Positions 42,425 through 53,018 of a DNA stretch of 64,000 nt are shown here, piece after piece. A program made the position numbers and the translations under genes. Numbering within the stretch: the stretch's first letter is position 1; each line of letters begins with the position of its first letter. The notes under the pieces are model-generated. The model was given only the letters and a program-made list of their open reading frames with translations. It made no database searches and was not told where the DNA came from. Origin of the DNA: Trueperaceae bacterium (lineage in GTDB: Bacteria; Deinococcota; Deinococci; Deinococcales; Trueperaceae); NCBI GenBank assembly GCA_965213705.1, contig OZ243913.1:2816001-2880000 (forward strand). Reading direction: 5' to 3'.

Positions 42425-42903
42425 TGACTCGGTTCAACGCACCCTTAAAGCAGAGCACTCGGCGCTTACTGAGTATTGTCGCAACTGTCATTTTTCTAAC
42501 GAGCTTCGTTGCGGCCTTTTTTGGAGAGACGTTTGTTATTCCGAGCCTTCTCTTGCTTGTGCCCTATCTTTTAATCGTCGTTCGGCTCAACAAATCGACT
42601 TCGAACGTAGTCAGTGTGAGGAACAATAATCTGGACGAACGCCAAAAAGAACTGCGCGGTGAGGCGTACCGTATGACTTACGCTGTGTTCGTTTGGTACG
42701 CCTTTTTTATGGTCGTAGTGAGTGGTCTCGGGCTGGGCCGCGTCACTCTGACCTATGGTGCAGGTGAGACACCTATCGTACATCTCCTTTTGTTGATAAA
42801 CATGTTTTTTATAACTACTCTGCCAATTTTTTACGTTGCCTGGCTCGAGCCCGACCCGCTCCCCGACGACGAGCCGTCTTTACAGCCAAACGCGGCCGCG
42901 TAA
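42424..42903 (+). CDS. Membrane protein, DERQ/WLEPDP paralogue 4
   Basis: LDERQK; LPIFYVAWLEPDP; TGATG overlap and AAGGAG RBS. Confidence 0.8.
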   Translation: MTRFNAPLKQSTRRLLSIVATVIFLTSFVAAFFGETFVIPSLLLLVPYLLIVVRLNKSTSNVVSVRNNNLDERQKELRGEAYRMTYAVFVWYAFFMVVVSGLGLGRVTLTYGAGETPIVHLLLLINMFFITTLPIFYVAWLEPDPLPDDEPSLQPNAAA

Positions 42904-42977
42904 TTCGACCAAAGGTAAGAAGACACGCCCTACAGTTGCGAACTATCCTAGTGCCTAGACTTGCTCGAGGAGGAGAC

Positions 42978-44720
42978 ATGGTTACACGCTTTGTACTGCT
43001 GACGGCACTTTCGCTCGGCGCGGCGTTCGCGCAAGACGCGTTCAACGGCGACTGGGAAGGCGTCGTCGGGCCGGACAGTTTGAACTTGAGCGTCATCGTC
43101 CATTTCGAGGCGGGTCAGGACGGCCTGACGGGCACCGCCGACATCCCCGCACAAAGCGCTCGAGGTTTGCCTCTGGAGATCTTAGAAACTACGGACGACG
43201 CGGTCGTGTTCACCATCGCCGAGACGCCTGGAGAGCCGACCTTCGAAGGCGAGTTGACCGACGACGACCTCATCACGGGCACGTTTACCCAAGGCGGACA
43301 GAGTTTGCCGTTTCGGCTCGAGCGTCGCGTGGACGTGCCGGAGGCCCCGCCTGTGGTCGAAGCGTTCTTGGGCTCGTGGCAGGGCGTCATCGGCCCGGAC
43401 TCGCTAGACCTGATGGTCGGCGTGACGTTTGAAGAGGTGGACGGTGCTTTTGTCGGGCGCATCACTATCCCCACACAAAGTTTCGAAGGGCTGTTGGGCG
43501 TGCGGGCGGCGACCGAGCAAACGATTAACTTCGTCATCGAGGGTGTGCCCGGCAACCCGACCTTCGAGGCGACGCTGGCCGAAGACCAGTTGCAAGGAAC
43601 GTTCACCCAGAGTGGGGCGTCCTACCCGTTTAGCCTGACGCGCAGCGACGCGCCCTTGGCCGTGTCCATCAGCCGTCCGCAAGACCCGCAGCCGCCGTTC
43701 CCGTACCGTGAAGAGGAGGTGACGTATTCAAACGGCGACGTTACCCTCGCGGGGACGCTTACTCTGCCCGAGGGTGACGGGCCGTTTCCGGCCATGCTGA
43801 TGATTACCGGCAGCGGCGCGCAAAACCGCGACGAGGAACTCGCCGGGCACCGGCCTTTTCTGGTCATCGCCGACGCGGTCACCCGCGCGGGCGTGGCGGT
43901 GCTGCGCGTGGACGACCGCGGCGTGGGCGGCTCGAGCGGCGACTTGTCGCAGGCGACCTACGACGACTTGGTAGGCGACGTCGAAGCGGGCGTGGCCTTT
44001 CTGAAAGCGCGCCCTGAGGTCGACGCGAACCGCGTCGGGCTGTTCGGCCACAGCGAGGGCGGTTACTTAGCGCCGCTCGCCGCCACGCGGGCGGACGTTG
44101 CCTTTGTGATCATGATGGCCGGGCCGAGCGTGGACGGGGAACGGGTGCTCGAGCTGCAAAACCGCCTTCTTCTCGAACTCGCGGACGCGCCCCAGACGGA
44201 CGTCGAGGCGCAGGTCCGCTTTCTGCGCACGTTGAAAGAGGTGCTCGAGCGCTCCATCTACGACGAATCCGCCTACGACGAAGCGGCCGCCCTGGTCGAG
44301 ACCCGCGTGGCCGAGCAGTTCGCGAGCCTGCCCGAAGACGAGCGCCCCGACGAGGCCACCCAAGCGCAGGCCGTCATCGCGCAACAAGAGAACATCGTCA
44401 GTCCTTACTTCCGCAGTTTTTTTCTGTACGACCCCCAGCCCGCGCTGCGGCAACTTGACAAGCCGGTGCTGGCCTTTTACGGCAACCTGGACGTGCAGGT
44501 GCCGCCCGTGCAAAGCGTGGGGCCGCTCCGCGCCGCGCTGCGCTCGGCGGGCAACGACGACGTGACGATTCAGGTCTTCGACGGTCTCAACCACCTCATG
44601 CAGCCGGCCGTTCGAGGCGGCCTCGAAGAGTACAGCCAAATCGAAACGACCGTCGCGCCCGAGGTGCTGAGCCTTATCACCGAGTGGCTGACGGAGCGGG
44701 TCGTCTCCAACGCGCCTTAA
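42978..44720 (+). CDS. Secreted alpha/beta hydrolase with two repeated N-terminal beta domains
   Basis: Signal peptide (AFA-QD), GSGAQNRDE, DDRGVGGS, nucleophile GHSEGG, DVQVP and LNHLMQ; two ~95-aa N-terminal repeats. Confidence 0.88.
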   Translation: MVTRFVLLTALSLGAAFAQDAFNGDWEGVVGPDSLNLSVIVHFEAGQDGLTGTADIPAQSARGLPLEILETTDDAVVFTIAETPGEPTFEGELTDDDLITGTFTQGGQSLPFRLERRVDVPEAPPVVEAFLGSWQGVIGPDSLDLMVGVTFEEVDGAFVGRITIPTQSFEGLLGVRAATEQTINFVIEGVPGNPTFEATLAEDQLQGTFTQSGASYPFSLTRSDAPLAVSISRPQDPQPPFPYREEEVTYSNGDVTLAGTLTLPEGDGPFPAMLMITGSGAQNRDEELAGHRPFLVIADAVTRAGVAVLRVDDRGVGGSSGDLSQATYDDLVGDVEAGVAFLKARPEVDANRVGLFGHSEGGYLAPLAATRADVAFVIMMAGPSVDGERVLELQNRLLLELADAPQTDVEAQVRFLRTLKEVLERSIYDESAYDEAAALVETRVAEQFASLPEDERPDEATQAQAVIAQQENIVSPYFRSFFLYDPQPALRQLDKPVLAFYGNLDVQVPPVQSVGPLRAALRSAGNDDVTIQVFDGLNHLMQPAVRGGLEEYSQIETTVAPEVLSLITEWLTERVVSNAP

Positions 44721-44723
44721 GTC

Positions 44724-44754
44724 TGGGACGTGAATTGGACGGCTTCACGTCCCA
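44724..44754. terminator. Hairpin between convergent genes
   Basis: TGGGACGTGAA...TTCACGTCCCA 11-bp stem between the hydrolase and leuS stops. Confidence 0.6.
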
Positions 44755-44757
44755 CGG

Positions 44758-47277
<2,520 letters not shown>

Positions 47278-47339
47278 AGTTCCTCCAGTATAGCGTTTGT
47301 CGCTTGCGCGTTCTTACACGAACGAAAATGCCGAGGCAC

Positions 47340-47368
47340 AAAAAAACCCTAACCGTTCCGGGTTAGGG
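47340..47368 (-). terminator. Attenuator terminator in the leuS leader
   Basis: Minus strand CCCTAACC-CGGAAC-GGTTAGGG-TTTTTTT, between the leader peptide and leuS. Confidence 0.85.
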
Positions 47369-47391
47369 CCACAGGGCAATAGTAACGACGC

Positions 47392-47451
47392 TCAGGTCAA
47401 AACGTGCCTCGGCCCGCGTAGTCGTAGGAGGTGGGTGGAGGTGTGAGTCAT
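47392..47451 (-). CDS. Putative leuS leader peptide MTHTSTHLLRLRGPRHVLT
   Basis: 19-aa ORF with CTC CTA CGA CTA codons, starting 9 nt after a near-consensus promoter and ending just before a terminator. Confidence 0.7.
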   Translation of the reverse strand: MTHTSTHLLRLRGPRHVLT

Positions 47452-47460
47452 GTTGGATGT

Positions 47461-47489
47461 ATGGTAGAGGTTTTACGGACTTGTGTCAA
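47461..47489 (-). promoter_or_regulatory. Sigma70 promoter of the leuS leader
   Basis: TTGACA-17 nt-TACCAT on the minus strand. Confidence 0.85.
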
Positions 47490-47493
47490 TGAT

Positions 47494-48597
47494 TTACTCA
47501 GCCTCTTCGGCATATTCGTCCAAAACACTATCCGAAAGGTGTGAGAGATGTTTTTCTTGCGCCAACTCCTGTACACTTTCGTAGGAGAGATAGGTACATT
47601 TTTCTGACAAAGGCCCTCTCTCCAGAAGTGTAAAAACCGGACGGCGCAACTCCTGAAATACTTTTTCGCGTCTTGCGGAGGGGGCAACGATATTGAGCTT
47701 TATGTCCATGTTGGGTTGAAGAGCAAGCAAATCAGCCATGCGAAGGATGCCGGAATAAATAGAAGTTGTGTGCTCTACCTCAAAAGCTCTAACGATTGCG
47801 CGCCCACGGAGCCATAAAACGTCAATCTGCTCTATTGTTTTTAGTGTAGTATCGTCGTAGTTGAGGGGTAGGTAGTCAATTACGGGTTGGTTGTCTCCCT
47901 GCCACTCCTTTAAGACAGACGCTCTATCGTTTCTTGGAAGCCATATTTTCATGCCCATGTCGGCACCGATTTTTGCAATAAGAGCTTGTACCTTTGTAGA
48001 TTCCCGAACTTCATCACGCGGTTTTGTTGATGGGTGACTTACCTCATCATCTTCTTCTGGAATGGAGACGGTAACTACTTTATCGGCTGCTCGAACTTTA
48101 TGCGTCGTTAGTTTGGCATACTCCTTTGCGTCTAGCGGGTATTTATATCCATTTTTGGCTTGGGCAATTATCATTTTTTCGAGAAATTTTCCGTCTACGT
48201 TGTCAATACGATTCAAACTGCTTCTAAGCTTTCCTGTCCAGCTAGACGTATTTTTTTCGTGCTCCTTAGTAAACGAAAGGGTGCTCCACACTGAATCTTC
48301 ATGAATTGGTATTGACTTTTCCTTCTCGAGCCAAGCTAAAGGTTCAACATTGAAGCGAACCACAAAAGGGTCATCCTCTTCATAAAATATCGGAGCACTA
48401 TCTACAAAGGGAGAGCTTTGAACTTCCAGAAGCCCTACCCAGCGCGACAGCTTAGTCATATAACAAATCAACCTGTCACCAGGTTTTACTCGTTCTGCAG
48501 AAGCTTCTTGTGTCTTTCGAAATCCCGAGATACTACGGTCCGAGCTGGAAAAAGCTTGATACGTTTCTGGAGAAAATAAGTTTAGATAGTAGGCCAT
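47494..48597 (-). CDS. EVE-domain plus PD-(D/E)XK-like endonuclease, low GC
   Basis: N-terminus with an EVE/PUA-like pattern (VKPGDRLICYMTKLSRWVGLLEV); C-terminus IDVLWL...AFEVEHTTSIYSGILRMADL. Confidence 0.72.
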   Translation of the reverse strand: MAYYLNLFSPETYQAFSSSDRSISGFRKTQEASAERVKPGDRLICYMTKLSRWVGLLEVQSSPFVDSAPIFYEEDDPFVVRFNVEPLAWLEKEKSIPIHEDSVWSTLSFTKEHEKNTSSWTGKLRSSLNRIDNVDGKFLEKMIIAQAKNGYKYPLDAKEYAKLTTHKVRAADKVVTVSIPEEDDEVSHPSTKPRDEVRESTKVQALIAKIGADMGMKIWLPRNDRASVLKEWQGDNQPVIDYLPLNYDDTTLKTIEQIDVLWLRGRAIVRAFEVEHTTSIYSGILRMADLLALQPNMDIKLNIVAPSARREKVFQELRRPVFTLLERGPLSEKCTYLSYESVQELAQEKHLSHLSDSVLDEYAEEAE

Positions 48598-48708
48598 TTG
48601 GTGAGACTCATTTTAACCTGCCTCGCATACAAGATGCTCAAGAGCCCCCTCACCTTCCAGCTCTCGCGCCTCAAAACCCACCCTACCCGTGCTAAACTGT
48701 ATTCAACA

Positions 48709-48966
48709 ATGACCAAACAGCAAACCATCGAACGCATCACCGACTACCTACCTCACCTTGACGAGGACGTTTTGCAAAGTGTCCTGACGCTGCTCGAACG
48801 GGTGCAGCCCCACCTCGACGCGTGGGACCGTCAGATGCTGGCGGACGCCGAGGCGGGACGGCTCGACGGTCTTATTGACCAGGCTTTGACGAATCACCAG
48901 GCTGGGGACTCGAATGACTTGTTTGAAGGGCTTAAATCAAGGTCGGAAGCTGAACCTGCCAGTTAA
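48709..48966 (+). CDS. Small antitoxin-like protein (orphan)
   Basis: AWDRQMLADAEAGRLDGLIDQAL resembles antitoxins usually paired with RelE/ParE-type toxins; no toxin follows. Confidence 0.55.
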   Translation: MTKQQTIERITDYLPHLDEDVLQSVLTLLERVQPHLDAWDRQMLADAEAGRLDGLIDQALTNHQAGDSNDLFEGLKSRSEAEPAS

Positions 48967-49014
48967 CCCTGGAAGCACTCCAAAAACCCCTCCTTTTTTT
49001 GTCTCGAAATGAGC

Positions 49015-49188
49015 CTAAGCCCCCACCTCAGGCACATACTCGTCTTCATATTTTTCAATGAGTACGCCTACCACTTCCATTAGTGACGCTAGAGGGTGCA
49101 TTTCGTCCTCACCAACCTCGTCAATAAGCTGGTCAAGCAGTTCGACAAGCTCGTCGTATTCCACCTCGGCCTCTCGAAGGGATGTCAT
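49015..49188 (-). CDS. 57-aa HigA N-terminal-domain-like protein (possibly truncated)
   Basis: Manual translation MTSLREAEVEYDELVELLDQLIDEVGEDEMHPLASLMEVVGVLIEKYEDEYVPEVGA; below the ORF-track cutoff and lacks an HTH. Confidence 0.6.
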   Translation of the reverse strand: MTSLREAEVEYDELVELLDQLIDEVGEDEMHPLASLMEVVGVLIEKYEDEYVPEVGA

Positions 49189-49475
49189 TGTTTCATCACC
49201 AATGTGAGTCTAGCAAAGCTCGAGCCCTCACCTTCTCCTGCCCTCGAGCCCGTCTCCCCCGTCCAAAAGCTTACTCGTCCTCACACTTTTTTTGATTAGC
49301 TGGTCTGGTAACTTGGCCCTCTTGTCGGATTGAACACCGCAAGAAAAGCCCAACGGGGGCGGCTCGAGACCAGCAAACCTCGAGCCGCCTTTTGAAGTCG
49401 GTATACCTGTTTTGGCTTCTTTTCCCTGGCTCGAGCTTTTCTACTCGAAGCAGGGGCAAGCCCCACGTTTGCGGC

Positions 49476-49739
49476 TTAGCCCAAAATTCCGAAAGACGGT
49501 GCTGTTTTGATGTAGAGTTTGTCGTCCTCTTCGACGACGACGTAACCTGCGTCGATGAGTTCTCGAGCCGCCACCTTGACGGCTTCTTCACTCTCGGAGG
49601 CGTGACGGGCCAAACCTTCAAAAGTACAACCGTTACCTAAATAACCAATGGTGACGAAAACCCCCTTGGCCGACATTGACAAGTTTGCGTCGTCCAGAAC
49701 GATGTCGCTAAAGCGTGTGTTTGCCATTATCTGTGCCAT
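49476..49739 (-). CDS. Small winged-helix protein
   Basis: LSMSAKGVFVTI...EEAVKVAARELIDAGYV pattern typical of wHTH domains of replication-initiator-like proteins. Confidence 0.6.
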   Translation of the reverse strand: MAQIMANTRFSDIVLDDANLSMSAKGVFVTIGYLGNGCTFEGLARHASESEEAVKVAARELIDAGYVVVEEDDKLYIKTAPSFGILG

Positions 49740-49814
49740 CCTCACCCACTTCTGACGAATTTAAGGTTACCCCGTAATCTGGCCCTCGAAAGTAATAATT
49801 CTCAAATTTGGGGG

Positions 49815-50000
49815 TCAATTTCGGGGGGTCAGCAAGAAAGCGGCCACCAGCATCACGGCGATGCCGACAAGCGTAACCAAAAACCCGTTCAGAAACAGCC
49901 GTGGCGAGCGGTCGCGCACACCGGGAAACGAGCCGACTATCATGACGACGATACCGACCAGAAAAAGGAGTGAGGTTACGAAGGGGGCGGCTTCCAACAT
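49815..50000 (-). CDS. Small two-TM membrane protein
   Basis: 61 aa with two hydrophobic segments. Confidence 0.55.
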   Translation of the reverse strand: MLEAAPFVTSLLFLVGIVVMIVGSFPGVRDRSPRLFLNGFLVTLVGIAVMLVAAFLLTPRN

Positions 50001-50383
50001 GTGAGGGTTTCAAAGATACCACTTAGAATTTTCGGCATTGTAAGCAACACCCTTCAGAAGGTGCGGGAGCGCGTCCGAACGACAAGCAAATTCCGGTTGG
50101 AGCCGCCGGACACGTGTGGGCGGGTCAAAAACGAAGCGAGGCGCGGCGAGTAGCAGCTTGGGGTGGGGCGCAGCAGCTAAAAGGAGCGAGTAAAACATCG
50201 TATAGTGTCTCCTTTTTGAGCCTGCTAGGCTTTGGAAACTAGAGGTGAGGCCTTTGGTGGACTTAAAATTAGGCGGAGACACGTGGGTTTTAGTGAGTGG
50301 GGCGGTTACACCCGCAACGACACCAGCGACGGCGTACGGGGCGGCGTGAGCGCGGCCCAAGTTCTGACCGGGGAGTGCGGTAG

Positions 50384-50953
50384 GTGAAACTCTACCTCAT
50401 ACGTCACGGCGAAACCGACTGGCAACTCGTGTCAAAGCGCGGGGTGACGGGTATGGCTGCGTCGTTAGCGCCCTTGACACCCGTGGGGCGCTTGCAAATA
50501 GACACCATCGCGGCGGACTACCGGTTACAAGAGGCCGAAGCTATCTTGTGCAGCAGCTACTCCAGGGCTTTGGAGTCCGCGGCGCTGTTGAGCCGCAAAC
50601 TCAACCAACCTCTTTACGTCGAATACGACCTGCACGAGTGGTTGCCCCAGCGTGACCCCCACGCCGAATTCAGTGCGGAACTGATGCAGCAGGCCAGCGC
50701 CGGGCTCGAGCGCGAACTGCTCGACGCCGACAGTGCCGAGGCAACGGTCTGGGAAAGTTTGGCCGAAGTGCGCACACGGGTACTGAACGTGTTGAAACGC
50801 TACCGGCAGTTCGAAACGCTCGTCGTGGTGACGCACGCGGTCGTCATCAGCAGCTTGGTAGGCGCAAAACGCTCGGTCGACCACGCCGAAATCGTCGCGC
50901 TCGAGCTGGACCCGGACGCGCCTACCCAACCGCAGGCGCTGAGCGAAGCTTAA
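50384..50953 (+). CDS. Histidine phosphatase (phosphoglycerate mutase) family protein
   Basis: LIRHGET, RALESA and VVTHAVVI motifs. Confidence 0.88.
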   Translation: MKLYLIRHGETDWQLVSKRGVTGMAASLAPLTPVGRLQIDTIAADYRLQEAEAILCSSYSRALESAALLSRKLNQPLYVEYDLHEWLPQRDPHAEFSAELMQQASAGLERELLDADSAEATVWESLAEVRTRVLNVLKRYRQFETLVVVTHAVVISSLVGAKRSVDHAEIVALELDPDAPTQPQALSEA

Positions 50954-51043
50954 ACAGTGCCGGGAGCGGCGAGTGACGTAAAAAGCGCGCCAACCGCCGG
51001 TGCGTCCCTTGCGCACCGGAACCCCAATCGTTTAGCTTGAGCT

Positions 51044-51913
51044 ATGGACACCAAACGCACCGACCCTTTTGCCAAACCCGTCGACATAGACACGAGCGGC
51101 CCGAACCGGGCGAGCGACACCAACCTCATCTACGCCAACCCTGAAAAGTGGAAAGTCGCGGCGGACATTCTGGAGCGCTACACGGGCACCGCGCCGGAGG
51201 CGTTTCAGAAACAAGTCATCTTGACCAACTTCGCTTACTACACCGAGCGCTTCGGCGTTTTGTGCGACGACGCCGAAATGACGCACGGCTCGGCCATGAC
51301 CGCGGCGCACAGCAAAAAGATGGGCGTGTCGATTATCGACTTTTCCATCGGTTCGCCGGTCGCCGCCCTCATCATAGAAATTTTGGCGACGGCCGACCCC
51401 AAAGCCGTGCTGTTTTTGGGCATCTGCGGCGGGTTGCACCGCTCGCTCAAAGTAGGCGACTTTATTATCCCCAGCGCGGCGATTCGCGACGAGGGCGCTT
51501 CGCGTCACTTTATGCCGCCGCAAGTCCCGGCGCTGCCGACGTTCAAAATTCAAAAGTTTGTTTCGCAGATGATTGTCGAGGAGGGTCACGACTACCGCAC
51601 CGGCGTCGTCCACACCACCGACTACCGTTTTTGGGAGTTCGACGAGACGTTTAAGCGACAGCTTTACGAGGAGCGCGCGCTCGCCATAGAGATGGAGACG
51701 GCGACACTCTTCACCGTCGGTTTTGCCAGCAAGGTGCCCGTCGGGGCGATACTGTTGGTGTCGGACTTGCCGCTCCGCAAAGGCGGCATCAAAACAAAAG
51801 AGTCCGCGCGCAGCGTGTTTCGCGAATTTACCGACGTTCACATCGCCATCGGCATCAAAGCGATGAGCGAAATCGCCCTGCGGGGCGAGCATATTCGGCA
51901 CTACCGTTGGTAG
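51044..51913 (+). CDS. amn: AMP nucleosidase (PNP/UDP family)
   Basis: LERYTG, ILTNF, AAIRDEGAS, DYRFWE, EMETATLF and LLVSDLP motifs. Confidence 0.85.
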   Translation: MDTKRTDPFAKPVDIDTSGPNRASDTNLIYANPEKWKVAADILERYTGTAPEAFQKQVILTNFAYYTERFGVLCDDAEMTHGSAMTAAHSKKMGVSIIDFSIGSPVAALIIEILATADPKAVLFLGICGGLHRSLKVGDFIIPSAAIRDEGASRHFMPPQVPALPTFKIQKFVSQMIVEEGHDYRTGVVHTTDYRFWEFDETFKRQLYEERALAIEMETATLFTVGFASKVPVGAILLVSDLPLRKGGIKTKESARSVFREFTDVHIAIGIKAMSEIALRGEHIRHYRW

Positions 51914-51950
51914 AGAGGCTGAGCTGTTCTCAGGTTCCCTTGCTCGTCTC

Positions 51951-51981
51951 GTGTGGGGCGGGTTCGAAACCCGCCCCTACG
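51951..51981 (-). repeat. GTAG-type REP palindrome
   Basis: Minus strand CGTAGGGGCGGGTTTCGAACCCGCCCCACAC between convergent genes. Confidence 0.7.
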
Positions 51982-52074
51982 GTGTGCCGAAAAATGTGCT
52001 CGGGACGGTCGTTCGCTTGGTTTGGGCGGGGGCCTGAAGAGCCAAAGCCGAAACCCATTCCGGCTTCGAGGCTC

Positions 52075-52920
52075 TTACTTTTTGCGTTGGCGCTCGAGGG
52101 CGTCCCACTGCTCACTCGTCACCTCGTCCAAGATATTGAACTCGCCGCCGTTCCAGGCGGTCTCGCCGCCGTCGATGATGACCACGTCGCCGGTGATGAA
52201 AGCCGCTCCGTCGGACAGAAGATAGCTCGCTAAGTTGGCAAGCTCGAGATGGTCGCCCACCCGCCCCAACGGAATGCGCTTTTCGAACAGTTCTTGAATC
52301 TCGGGCGTGGGCATGAGTCGGCTCCAGGCGCCCTCGGTCGGGAAAGGGCCGGGGGCAACCGCGTTCAGCCGGATGCCGTACTTGCCCCACTCGGCGGCGA
52401 GCGACTTTGTCAGCGCGACCACGCCCGCCTTGGCGACTGCCGAGGGCACCACGTAGCCCGAGCCGGACAGCGCGTAAGTGGTAGCGATGTTGAGCACCGC
52501 GCCGGGCTGCCCCTTCGCAATCCAACGTTTGCCCAGTTCCAAAGTACAGTAAAAAGTGCCGTGCAAGACAATTCCCAAAACGCTGTCGACCGCGCGGTGC
52601 GACAAGCGCTCGGTCGGCGAGATAAAGTTGCCCGCGGCGTTGTTGACCAGCAGGTCGATACGCCCAAAGTGGCTTTCGACCGCGTCCAGCATGGCCGTAA
52701 CCCGTTCGGGGTCGCGCACGTCGACGTCGGTCGCAAAAACCTCGCCGCCCGTTTCTGCGGCGAGCTTGTCCGCCTCTTCGCGCAACATCTCAAGCCTGCG
52801 GCTGGTGATGGCGGCCTTGGCCCCCAACTCCAAAAAGCGCTTCGTCATCGAACGACCCAAACCGGAACCGCCGCCCGTGACGAGCACGACCTTGTCTTGC
52901 AGCAAATCCTCCTGAAACAT
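52075..52920 (-). CDS. SDR oxidoreductase, 2,4-dienoyl-CoA reductase-like
   Basis: TGGGSGLG, NNAAGNFISP, SAVAKAGV and APGPFPTEGAW motifs; GGAGG RBS before ATG 52920. Confidence 0.88.
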   Translation of the reverse strand: MFQEDLLQDKVVLVTGGGSGLGRSMTKRFLELGAKAAITSRRLEMLREEADKLAAETGGEVFATDVDVRDPERVTAMLDAVESHFGRIDLLVNNAAGNFISPTERLSHRAVDSVLGIVLHGTFYCTLELGKRWIAKGQPGAVLNIATTYALSGSGYVVPSAVAKAGVVALTKSLAAEWGKYGIRLNAVAPGPFPTEGAWSRLMPTPEIQELFEKRIPLGRVGDHLELANLASYLLSDGAAFITGDVVIIDGGETAWNGGEFNILDEVTSEQWDALERQRKK

Positions 52921-53018
52921 GTCGGCCTCCGCCCGGCATCGTACCGCAGTCCGCGCACCCGGCCGCGTGTAGGAAATCGTTTGGCAAACCGCGCAGGCAG
53001 CTGACATAATGCCCTCTT

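Noticed and set aside
47280..47460. T-box riboswitch upstream of leuS
   Set aside because: No GGTGGNACCGCG T-box sequence and the leader is too short; a leader-peptide attenuator fits better.
51955..51978. tRNA T-arm-like GGTTCGAAACCC
   Set aside because: It lies inside a REP palindrome, and no cloverleaf, D-arm or anticodon arm can be formed.
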